The notes beneath the pieces are model-generated. The model did not search any database, was not told the origin of the DNA, and was given only the letters and a program-made list of their open reading frames with translations. From Schmidtea polychroa (taxonomy: Eukaryota): a stretch of 64,000 bases of DNA. This document shows, piece after piece, positions 26,901-37,900 of this stretch. Every line of letters starts with the position of its first letter. The stretch's first letter is position 1. Both the position numbers and the translations under genes were made by a program. The stretch spans positions 135,904,001 to 135,968,000 of the forward strand of contig CM097886.1 in assembly GCA_044892525.1 (NCBI GenBank), written 5' to 3'.

Positions 26901-28039
26901 GTGTCCGGCATATGTGTGGGTATAACCTCATCTAGTTGGGACTTCGAGATTAATTACTATGCGAATAAATTCAATCTACCTATAGATATTACAAATCTAA
27001 CCGATTAAATTACAGATCTATTAATTCAAGCGCCCATCTTAAATATTTATAAAGATATAAGTACTTATTATAAAATTTACTAATTATAATCAAAATGCAA
27101 GTTATAGATAATTATGAGATTTTAGATATAAATTATATCGACCCTGAAAATATAAATTGATAATGGAGAAGTCTTGATAATAAGTTTTAGATGGGGATAG
27201 TAGTAAATAAATTGTAGCATAAGGATCAATTAACTTAGAACTAGTTATGTATAGACTGTAGACTCGTCAATATTCTGAAATTATACCCTAATAGTACCAA
27301 GAAATCTGCAAATAATTTTAGAAGACAATGTTGATCAGAAAGGGTACTCATAAAGAAGTATACGAGTCGACTATAAAATTATAAACCCTGAATTATGAAA
27401 TGACGAGTGGTGAAGTAATAAAATGATAAATTGTAGAACCTAGAATTACTATTTATAAAGCATAAAATTACGGATTATAAAATATAAATTTATAGATTAC
27501 AAACTACGAAATTGTAAATAGAAAACGTAAAATTTCAAAGTACAAATTCATAAATTGAAAAACATAAAACTATAAAAGATAAAATTAGAAATTATAGAAT
27601 ATAAATTTATAAATTGAAAAAAAAAATTAAAAACTATAAATCATAAAATGTAAAATTGGCAATTATAAAATATAAATTTATAAACTACAAAATATAAAAT
27701 TATAAATAGTAAAGCAAAATTATAAATTATAAAATATAAAGTTATAAATTATAATTAGTTATATATAAAATATTTAGGAATATAAATTATAAATAATTAT
27801 AAGTTCTAACTATAAGAGCAGGGAATACGAATAATTTGAGGTAAAGTCGTATTATAAAATATAATTTGTACCTAGGTATAACTACAAAGTATAAATGTAG
27901 AAATGAATTATAATTAGCTATAACCAAAATTTGACCATGAAGATATAAAGTACAAGTAGCTACTATAGCTTACATCGAAGCATTCGACGTTAAAATTAGA
28001 AATGTAAATTAGTTTTGTTAAAATTATAAAGTATGAATT

Positions 28040-28389
28040 GAAAGTGATTATATTTCCAGTTATCATTCTAAATCGTCACCATTATTATTATNNNNNNNNN
28101 NNNNNNNNNNNNNNNNNNNNNNNNNNNNNNNNNNNNNNNNNNNNNNNNNNNNNNNNNNNNNNNNNNNNNNNNNNNNNNNNNNNNNNNNNNNNNNNNNNNN
28201 NNNNNNNNNNNNNNNNNNNNNNNNNNNGATATTATCCTCATTATCATTATGATTATTATTATTATTATTATCATTATTACCATTAATGTTATCATTAAGA
28301 TTACTATTATTATTATTATTATTACTATCATTATTATTATTATTTATTATTATCATCATTACTACCATTAATATTACTATTAATATTGC

Positions 28390-28438
<49 letters not shown>

Positions 28439-28505
28439 ATTATTATTATTATTATTACCATTAGTACTATTATTATTATTATTGTCGTTATTATCATCGC
28501 TAATA
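28040..28505. repeat. (ATT)n microsatellite with N gap (28092-28227) inside copy D
   Basis: Long ATT triplet array. Confidence 0.9.
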
Positions 28506-29592
28506 CTATCATTGTCCCTATTCATAAGTTGTAGTTCACAAAAATGAAAATCTAAATCAAATATTGATTTAGGATTTCCCCCCGGAGCTAAATTTGGAAT
28601 CAACTTTTTTGAACTAATAGGAATGACTGAAATACTAGAAGGTTATTTTTAGCAACACCCCTCCCCCTAGAAAATGTTAACACCATCTAGGTTAGCTGAG
28701 GATATGGGTGGGAGTACCTGATCCAACATATAAACTACCCCCCTTTAAATCCTGAATGAATGGCAAATATATAACTTCGTTTATTAGAAGATTAAATTAC
28801 TATTAATAAAAACATAAGATTTTTCTTTTATTATGAACAACAAATCATATTACCAAGCCACTAAGAATCAAAAATTATGAATCGTAGGATGATCTCCCAA
28901 AACTAGGCTCATCCATCTCCAACCAGGAAAAGTTATCATCCAACATTCCTGGGAATCAAAATTTACGGTAAATAAATGAATTACCTCAAATGCATGAAAG
29001 TCGACTGTACCACTCATGACGAACACAACCAAGGGAGAGGTAAGCAAACGAGAAACTAAGCTCGTCGCTAATACCCATCACCCCGGCGTGCCCGAATTCA
29101 GTAGTAATTCGATAATTTCCAGAAAATGGCAAAGAATTGACATAAGAATTTTTAAATTACCAACTAGTGGTAAATAACTTTTGGTGAATAAAATAATGAT
29201 TTAAAACAAAGTGACTTTTGGGGAATTATCGATCGGGGCATAAACTTTCTAGTATTAATACTCAACATTGAAAAAATTTTTTCTTTCATTTGATTAATTA
29301 AAAGGATGATAAAATTTTTCTTCCAATTAGTTAGTTAACAAGATACCCAATAAATTAAATCGGAAGTTTCCCGTTAAATGTATGTATATTAATTATGATA
29401 GCTTTGATGATTAATTATTAAATGTATATGCATTGATTGGGATAACCTTGGTGATTAATTGTTGAATATATATACATATTAATAACTTTGGTGATTAATG
29501 CACTATTTGTGTAAAATGTTGTATATTTTATCGTACTTTAAATTTATAAGTCACACGGGCTGCACACGGGTCTTAATATTTATATTACAGAC

Positions 29593-29958
29593 ATGTCGCA
29601 ATCTAGCTCTAGCAGTGACGAGGGTACTGACCAGCAGACGATCACCCGTCTCCGGACCCGGTACATCTGGTACCATATACATCGGTGGGGTCAGGGAAGG
29701 GACCTGGATTGCGCAGCTCGAGTAATCCGGACGGGCCCCGAAGCGGATGCCCCGGCATGGGTGAAGGTGGAGCCGGAGAATAACCGGCTGCAGGAGGCTC
29801 GAGACCAAGCGGCCTGGGACGTGGAAGCCGCACAGATTCGACTAAAGAGAATAGAGGCCCAAATCCGGGCCAAGCGAGAAGGGGTGTCCCTGGAGGAACT
29901 CGAAGAAACCGAAGCAACTCCCCGAAAGAGAGGGAGGCCCCGCAAACATCAGTCGTGA
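29593..29958 (+). CDS. ORF1 of copy D: small protein with C-terminal AT-hook
   Basis: Intact 121-aa GC-rich ORF; TRLRTRYIWYHIHRW shared with 42909-43289; ends PRKRGRPRK. Confidence 0.7.
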   Translation: MSQSSSSSDEGTDQQTITRLRTRYIWYHIHRWGQGRDLDCAARVIRTGPEADAPAWVKVEPENNRLQEARDQAAWDVEAAQIRLKRIEAQIRAKREGVSLEELEETEATPRKRGRPRKHQS

Positions 29959-30252
29959 TTATTGGAGGACAATTAACATAACCTAGTCTATTCCCTTAGT
30001 ATTAGATATCGTCAAGTGTTTGTGTTTAAATAAAGTATTTTGATTTAGTCTATTTTATTAGTATCATAGTTGAGTATTAGAAACCGTAGAGTGGTTGTTC
30101 TTACGTAAAGTATTCTTCCTTTCTGTTGGTTGCATGAGTCAGTTGGTAGATGGAGGGGTTATAAAAATGGCCTAGCGATAAGCGCGAATAACAATATTAT
30201 TTAATCTTACCAATAATTTATTCTATAAAATTTTTTTTTGGTATAAAAACTA

Positions 30253-30738
30253 ATGAGACTCCTTTTAGTGTACAAGCTAATGGAGAACCTGCTTAAAGAT
30301 CGAGAGCAGGCTCAGAAACGTGCTGACGAACTCCGAGTCCGAGTGGACAAATTGAAAGGAAAATGCCGGGAGTTCGAGGGGACCTGGTTTAGTCCCGAAG
30401 CGATGAAGAAGAAAACTGCCCAGATCCTCCAGCTACAAACACAGGCCGCTCAGGACCAAATGGAGATCCGCGCCCTGAAATTGCAGGTGCGGGCACTCGA
30501 GACCGAGCGAAATGAGCAGGTGGTGCAAGAGGCCGTGGCAAGACAAATCCGGCCACTGACCGTTGAACTCGCGGCGATATATCCCCCAGCCGCCGAAAAT
30601 AAGCCCAAAAGAAAACGGCTTGGGCGAAACATTCGGGAAAAATTGAAGAAGGTCAGGCTGGCCGAGTACGAGCGGCAAGCAAATTCATCGCAAGCGTCTA
30701 CGACAGGGTTGGCCAGCTCTACCAACAAGCCGAGTTGA
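30253..30738 (+). CDS. ORF2 of copy D: 'EGTW' coiled-coil/basic protein; likely acceptor before 30269
   Basis: Intact 161-aa ORF; FEGTWFSP, heptad stretch, KPKRKRLGR; same acceptor phase (AG|TG) as copy E. Confidence 0.7.
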   Translation: MRLLLVYKLMENLLKDREQAQKRADELRVRVDKLKGKCREFEGTWFSPEAMKKKTAQILQLQTQAAQDQMEIRALKLQVRALETERNEQVVQEAVARQIRPLTVELAAIYPPAAENKPKRKRLGRNIREKLKKVRLAEYERQANSSQASTTGLASSTNKPS

Positions 30739-30929
30739 ACTTTTATTCTGGTTTATATATCCTTGTAGTGTGTTGTGAATATTTTGTAGTATTAAAAGAA
30801 TATTTTTTTTGTTAAAATAATACATATTTCGTAGTAATAAAATCATATTCGATATATTTTATGATTGCCTGAGAAATGAGAGTTTGTGCGTAAGGTTGGG
30901 AAAACAATTTTGATAAGGGACCTAAGAAA

Positions 30930-31136
30930 TCGGACACACACCTTCTATCGGTAGTCCGTGAACCCATGGAGTACTCGACAATTACAGTGCCTCGATGCGC
31001 TCACTTTTTGCGAGTACTCAACCCTTGGTACAGTACCAACGTTGATTACTCAACGGGTACCAAGCGGAAAGACAATGTTGCATGTTGGGTTACGCTGGTA
31101 ACAGCACTTAAACATTCGACCACCAGTAACCCACCA
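30930..31136 (+). other. Conserved covarying structured terminal region (putative R/U5 RNA element)
   Basis: Same stems with compensatory changes in copies at 4050, 7013, 41487, 41699, 50438 and 58866. Confidence 0.7.
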
Positions 31137-31412
31137 CAATAAATGTGATAAATATGTATGTGGAAAATGTATGTTATTTGTAAAAGTGTAAGAAATAAAG
31201 CTATTATAATAAAAATACATTGTTTCAAATTAAAATTAATAAGTTTCAAATGAAACTAATAAACGTATGTAGTGAGCCGTTACACGGCCTTAACAAAATC
31301 TAATTGGTTGCTTTCATGAAGTAAAGACAAATTATTTACTATATATTTGTTGGAATCACTCGAATCATTTAGTGTAGCGTTTTTAAAATGATTAAATCCA
31401 ACCCCACCACAT

Positions 31413-31461
31413 TGGTGTCAGAAGTAGGATTTGAACCCATGCCTCCATTCGGAGACCAGAA
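31413..31461 (+). promoter_or_regulatory. Primer-binding site complementary to the 3' 49 nt of tRNA-Leu, including CCA
   Basis: Reverse complement TTCTGGTCTCCGAATGGAGGCATGGGTTCAAATCCTACTTCTGACACCA follows the metazoan tRNA-Leu(CAA) 3' half; starts 1 nt after the 5' LTR. Confidence 0.85.
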
Positions 31462-32096
31462 TTATATAAATCATTATAGTAGCTTGACGTAGCCATTTTT
31501 TATTATTAAACTTGAAATTGCTTTCTTTGAAAATACGGAACCATTTCTACATCTTGGCTCAATTGAAGAGATTTTGGGAATTTACATGTTCATGAATTCC
31601 AATGCAAGATTCTACACTACTTGGCTGAATTACTTCTGAAATAGAATTACTTTGAAGAACTAAATTTTACTGTGTCTTTCCCATATGAAATTGTGGTGAT
31701 TGCGAACGGGGAATGGATGAAGATGTTGGTCTATGAGAGCTACCCTTAAAACTATTAGGATACGAATACAGTTAATCTTGATAATAATAACATGGCATCG
31801 AATTTGCTTTACTCGCCTGAGATTGATTAATAGAGCCTGATTGATAAGAAGAATTGCATGAATTTTGATTGACTCTTGGAATGAGATAGAGTAGACTCAG
31901 ATGTTCCAACTAATGTGCAATTATAGGTGATATTTGATTGGCCATAATTGTGTTATAATTGATACTTATTCGTTATTGATCGCCCATTTAGACTACGTTA
32001 CTTTTTGTATATAATATTTATATAGATTTTGTTAAGGCCGTGTAATGGCTCACTACATCAGCCCCATGGGAGGGTAGCGCCGCACCAGGGCCTAAT

Positions 32097-32450
32097 AAGT
32101 TCCAAATATTAATAAAAAATCCTGGAACGAATAAAACACAATCTGTTCCAGTAGACACGAACACGACAATTAATTGTCTTTCTCAAACATATGGCAGTTT
32201 AGCCAATCACAAATTCCGTTTTCTCTTGTCGTACGACACCATGTTTTCCGACAGTCATACCCTGGGCGACTACGGAGTGACACCATACAGCGTCATTCAT
32301 TGTTTGTTGCCACTTTCTGGCGGTTCCTCCGATTTGGAGAATGACTCAGGTAGCAATCACAAACCGACAAAACATAAACGTAAGTCCAACAATCGACGTA
32401 TTTATGTCAATATTTTTTGGATGAGAATAACTCTCCACTTACTTGGCTGA
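32097..32450 (+). CDS. Ubiquitin-like domain ending LSGG, in front of gag
   Basis: Open frame FQILIKNPGTNKTQSVPVDTNTTI...FSDSHTLGDYGVTPYSVIHCLLPLSGG aligns by eye with ubiquitin along its length. Confidence 0.75.
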   Translation, partial: KFQILIKNPGTNKTQSVPVDTNTTINCLSQTYGSLANHKFRFLLSYDTMFSDSHTLGDYGVTPYSVIHCLLPLSGGSSDLENDSGSNHKPTKHKRKSNNRRIYVNIFWMRITLHLLG

Positions 32451-32887
32451 TTGCTACCGAACTAGCATTTGAGGGAATCGAGATAACCAGTTCACGAGAC
32501 AAATACTGTCGCATTTTGCCGTTGAATCACCCGACGATATTAAGTAAACTTTCGTCCGTGATCCTTCGTACTTCGCCTATTAGCGTCAAAAATCCTTATG
32601 AAGAATTGCGTACGGCAATCCTCGATATTTTTAAAGAGCCTACAGCTGCCGTCTTCACTAAATACTTTAAGACGCAAACTTTGGGTAGCAGAAAACCATC
32701 ACGGTTTTTGCAACACGCTATGGCAGAACTAACTCAAATACATCCTGAGACTGCTGTGGATCAAAAACTCTTGAAGCAATTTTTTCTGTCTGCTTTACCG
32801 CCACATGCACAACAAATTTTAGCGCTTTCTTCAACCGCAGATGTGGTAGAGCTAACAAAGATGGCCGACAAGATTAACGAAGTTTGA
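32417..32887 (+). CDS. Gypsy-type Gag capsid-like ORF (DUF7041-like)
   Basis: PLTWLIATELAF..PYEELRTAIL..LGSRKPSRFLQH..FFLSALP..ILA. Confidence 0.75.
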   Translation: MDENNSPLTWLIATELAFEGIEITSSRDKYCRILPLNHPTILSKLSSVILRTSPISVKNPYEELRTAILDIFKEPTAAVFTKYFKTQTLGSRKPSRFLQHAMAELTQIHPETAVDQKLLKQFFLSALPPHAQQILALSSTADVVELTKMADKINEV

Positions 32888-33426
32888 CACATCTGATACT
32901 GAAATTCACTTAGCTTTATTTCATTTCAACAAATTCATTAATCACCGATTTTCTTTTAAGATACTATCCACTTTTGACAAATTGTCACTACACTTCGATT
33001 GACATCTTCCTACTAGACCTTTCATCAACCTCTACTCTTGGGTCCCTGTGCGCTCCGCGACTTTCCGTGGGGCTGATGTAGTGAGCCGTTACACAGCTTT
33101 AACAAAATCTAATTGGTTGCTTTCATGTAGTAAAAACAAATTATTTACTATATATTCGTCGGAATCACTGGAATTATTTAGTGTAGCGTTTTTAAAAAAG
33201 ATTAAATCCAACACCACTACAACGTAATTTTAATATTTTCGTCAAAATGACGGGTTTCAGTAAAAATAGGTATTTACTGTCAGTAAATCTAGTGTTAAAA
33301 CAATGGAAGATGGCCATGATTACTACGAACTAGGCCATATTTCGGAATTAAAAGGAGCACATTAACAAGCATCTTCATGAAACATAGGAAGACTGGAATT
33401 TTATCCGCAGGAACAAGAGGAGCCAA

Positions 33427-33980
33427 TCAACCAACAATTATTGGACAGAAATATAAGGCAGCAAAAGATTGTATAACTATTCTTTTTGTAACAATGCTTC
33501 TGGAGATCATATCATGAAGCCATTTGTAATTAGCGAAGCAAAGAAACCACGCTCGTTTAGAGGAATAAATATCAAAAATGTTCCCGTTTATTATAATGCC
33601 AATAAGAAAGCTTGGGTTACTGCCGCATGGTTCAACGATTGGTTCCATAACCTTTTTGTACCAGATGTAAAAAGGTATTCAATCAAAAGAAGACTTCCTT
33701 TTAAGGTCCTTCTTGTACGATAATGCTCCAGGTCATTCTCAAGATTTGCACCATGAAAAAAAATTTTCATTTTAGAAATTAGATTGTCTTTATGCTTTTT
33801 ATGATTGAACTGTTTTTTTATTTTTCATTAAATATGTGATTCATATTTTATTTTCAATGACTGAAAAAGCCTGTTTATAATTGTTTTCGTTTAACATGGT
33901 ATTTCTATACAAAAAATGGATTTTCAAGCTGCACGGTTTTATGAAGAACCAACCTTCCGTGTAAAACGGGGGAATAGGTG
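33427..33980 (+). mobile_element. Tigger/pogo (CENP-B-like DDE) 3' fragment
   Basis: FCNNASGDH..KPFVISEAKKPRSF..YNANKKAWVT..FNDWF..LFVP; right TIR-like end followed by TA. Confidence 0.8.
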
Positions 33981-34256
33981 TATTATATTTAAACAAAGCA
34001 AAACAAATTTAGGCTAACAATTATCACATAAAATTCAAGACTAATATTTAAATTATTTATTTTAGTTATATTTACGTATTGCCCGTTTTTAATCACGTGT
34101 AATAGATAATTTATAAATTCAACGTAATAATGACAGACATATTTTATTTTTAAATAATCTTAAATTTATTAAATATAGTATGGTAAAAATATAAATTTTC
34201 AATTTATTATTAAATGTTATAAATATTAATACCTTAAATTAATAAAAAAATAATCA

Positions 34257-34640
<384 letters not shown>

Positions 34641-34994
34641 AAATTAAATGATAAAAATCAAGGAATTCAAGTTGTAAAATTGTTTTTGAAATATAACAAC
34701 TTATTTATAAACAAAGATATTTTAATATTATAAACAACTACAAAGAATTTATTTAAAGAACTTATTAATGAATTAATTACAAAATATTAATAATAAGATA
34801 ACATTTTATAAATTTTTAATCTTATTCTATTTTTTAGTTAATAAAAAATATAATATACAAATCATGTTAATTTGATTCGATGGAGTCTCATTATCTCTCC
34901 TTTATTAATTGTGAAACGCCAATTAATGTTAATACCAATTGAATACAATCGAATTCGTTATCGTGATTATTTTTAATTTTAATAATAATTTTAA

Positions 34995-37900
34995 CTGCAG
35001 CGTTGGTACTGTACCAATGGGGTGATTGTCAAAGTTACAATTTCTTCACAAAACATAATAATAAATAACAATTAACAAATAAAGTATATTTAAATAATGT
35101 AACGGTTCCTTTCTATTATTAAAACAACCATAATTAATATACATTAATTATTGAACATCAATCGCCTCCTCTTCATTTTCTTTCCATCTCTTCAGCCATT
35201 CAATTCTTCTTGATTTGGTTGAGTTTGGAAATTGTAATTCCACTTGTTATTGAATTCCCTCCTTCTTTCGTCTATGTGGTTCCAAACGAACTAATATTAA
35301 ATTCTTGTTATATGCCAAATTTTTTCATCCAATCACGAAACATTGATCCTTCAAAAATTCTTCCTCTATCTTTAAGAATGCTTTCTCGTCTACCAAACCG
35401 ATATATCCAATTATTCAGAATGACATTCAAAATCGTTGATTCACACTGTGTACTTATTGCTGATAAACTGACCAATTTACTAAAACGATCTATTATAACT
35501 ATCATATATTTCTTACTTGCTTTTGTTTCCATATATACAATGTCCACTACTATTTGTTCTAAAAACCGTTCTCCTGTTCTTAGCAATAGGATTTCCTTTG
35601 TTCTTCCTTGATCAATCTTTCTAATAGCACAGATCTTGCATTTATATATACATTCCATAATACTCTGATTCATGGAGGGCCAAAATAGAAATCTTTTAAA
35701 TAACATAAGATCTTCTTAATGCCCAGATAGCATAATTCAATTTGAAAATAATTTACCAATGTTTTTACGTACGTGTCAGGTACTACAACTGTAATTTTCC
35801 TATCTGTATTAATCATCAATATGTCGTCTTGTGTCTGTAATATTTTTAAATACTTGAAAATATTACTACTGATTGTTTCATAAGATATATGAGCATCGTC
35901 TCCATTAAGTTGTGATATGATTTCTGAAATAATTTTGTCTTCGTTTTGCTTCTGTTTAATTATTTCCATTATGTTTGAACTTCCTTACAGACTATTATGT
36001 ACCGAGTTCTACACTTTGTTTCTTTGGCGTCTTTGTGTTTCATCTGACAATGAGCGCATATCGTATAATTTAAACGAGACATACCATCTGCATTTCCATG
36101 TTCTTCTCCCTTCCTATATTGTAACTCAAAATCGTATTCAGATAAATTTTCCATCCATGTTTGAAACTGTGGGTTCTTTGGTTTCTTTGTCGTGTTCATA
36201 AACACCTAAGCCTTATAATCTGTTCTGGCTACAAATCATCTTCCATATAAATATTGTCTGAAATGTACAATAAACTCGTAGAGTGCCAACAGCTCTTTTC
36301 TAGTAACACAATATCCCATTTCATGTGTTGTCAAATGTCTTGAACCACTTCTTCCGTACCACCTTTCTTAATCTGTGATAAAACTGCACCTATGGCTCCA
36401 AAACTAAATAGTCGATCTGCCCTTGAAAATTCTAATATTGGTGCTTCACACAAAATTTTCTTTAAATTGATAAAGCTTTTTCTACATTCTTCAGTCCAAA
36501 CAATCATTTTATCATTACCTGTCGTTGCTGAATACAAAGGTGCTGCTATCATTCAATAATTCTTAAAAAACCGTCGATAATAATTCGTTAAACCTAAGAA
36601 TGATCTCAATTCTGTGACTCTTTTTGGTTCGGTTGCATTTTCAATTTCTGAAATCTTTCTTTTATTTGTTTGAATTCCCTTGTTACTCACAATATATCCA
36701 ATGAAATTTAATACCCATTTATAGAACGCGCATTTCTCAGGATTAACTTTCAAACCGGCATCTCTAATTCGTGTGAATACTTCAAATAGAAGTTTATCAT
36801 GAGTTTCCTGATTTTCTGCATATATTAAAATGTCATCAAGATATAAAACCACTCCTTTGAAAATTAATCCTTCCAATATCTGATGCATCAATTTCTGAAA
36901 AGTGGCAGGGGCTGTTGACAAACCAAATGGCAACCTTTTGAAACAGAACTGTCCCTCTTTTGTACCAAATGCTGTCTTGGTTTATAAATTTTCATGCAAC
37001 TCTACCTGATAATAGGCCTGACCTAAATCAATTAATGAAAATATTTTTGACTTACCAAGATAATCCAATAACAACTGCATGTCTGGCATCGTAAATGAGA
37101 ACTTTTCTGTGACTGAATTTAATAACCTAAAATCTAGACACATTCGTATAGAACCATCTGGTTTTCCAATTATCACAAGTGGTGTGTTCCATGGACTCTG
37201 ACATTTTCTCACAACTCCAGCTTCTATTAAATTCTCTACAAACACTTCAAATTTGCTTTCTAAATGCATTGGTTGTCTTCTGGGATTTTGTAAAATCGGA
37301 GGACCTGAAGTCGTTATTTCATGTATTATTACTTTTGTATGACCTAAGTCAAGACTGGATGCCATAAAAATCTTGCTAAACTTAGATATTAAAGTACCCT
37401 ACTTCGAATTCTTATCCAACGTGAGCGTCGATAACGCAAACTCTAACCTATCAGAATCTGCAAATCTCTTAGTAACCAATGCGGCATCAATATTATGGAC
37501 TTTTTAAAGCTCCATGCCAAATTTTCTCATGGTGTCTACCCCTCTTATGAAATCTGGATGAATTTTTCTGACAATAATAACATTCAATTCTCGACATTTG
37601 CTGTTCCATTTTGCAACGATATTTACGCTTCCGAGAGGTTTCTCGTCTTCTTTTGAAAATACTCCACTCAACCGTACTCTGCTTTCTATCAATGTTGGAC
37701 TGCCAATCAATCTCCAACATTTTTCACTCATCACACTGATTGAAGCTTCTGAATCCCATAGCATTTCAACATAAAATCCTTTTATTTCCATCGCACTCCA
37801 CTTTCTATCATCATCCTTCTTTAACATCACATCCTTCGTTACAACATTTCGTTTTTTATACTCATCTACTATCTCGACCCTACTGACGAAATGTAAACAA

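Larger units (their letters stand above)
25512..31136 (+). mobile_element. Largest TGTTGGG-family element / putative solo LTR (copy D, ~5.6 kb)
   Basis: TGTTGGG...CCCACCA ends; 4-bp TSD CAAT (25508-25511, 31137-31140) splitting the piggyBac Cys-rich domain. Confidence 0.85.
31268..33221 (+). mobile_element. Small non-autonomous LTR retroelement encoding Ubl-Gag
   Basis: LTRs 31268-31411 and 33077-33221 (TGTAGTG...CAC(C/T)ACA, roughly 92% identical by eye); 5-bp TSD ACGTA; PBS at 31413. Confidence 0.92.
23204..33294 (+). mobile_element. piggyBac (PGBD4-like) element interrupted by two nested insertions
   Basis: TTAA at 23200-23203 and 33295-33298; 12-bp TIR CACTAGATTTAC. Transposase fragments at 23970-25510 (VDEQLFPTK, MPNKPDKFGIKFW, GIDVLDQM, RRWPLQVF); Cys-rich tail resumes at 31141 (KCDKYVCGKC). 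Confidence 0.9.

Noticed and set aside
28038-28603. Poly-Ile/Asn/Tyr/Leu ORFs (also 41-307)
   Set aside because: Translation artefacts of (ATT)n microsatellites and N gaps.
31413-31461. tRNA-Leu gene on the minus strand
   Set aside because: Only the 3' half is present, CCA is encoded, and it abuts an LTR; it is a PBS.
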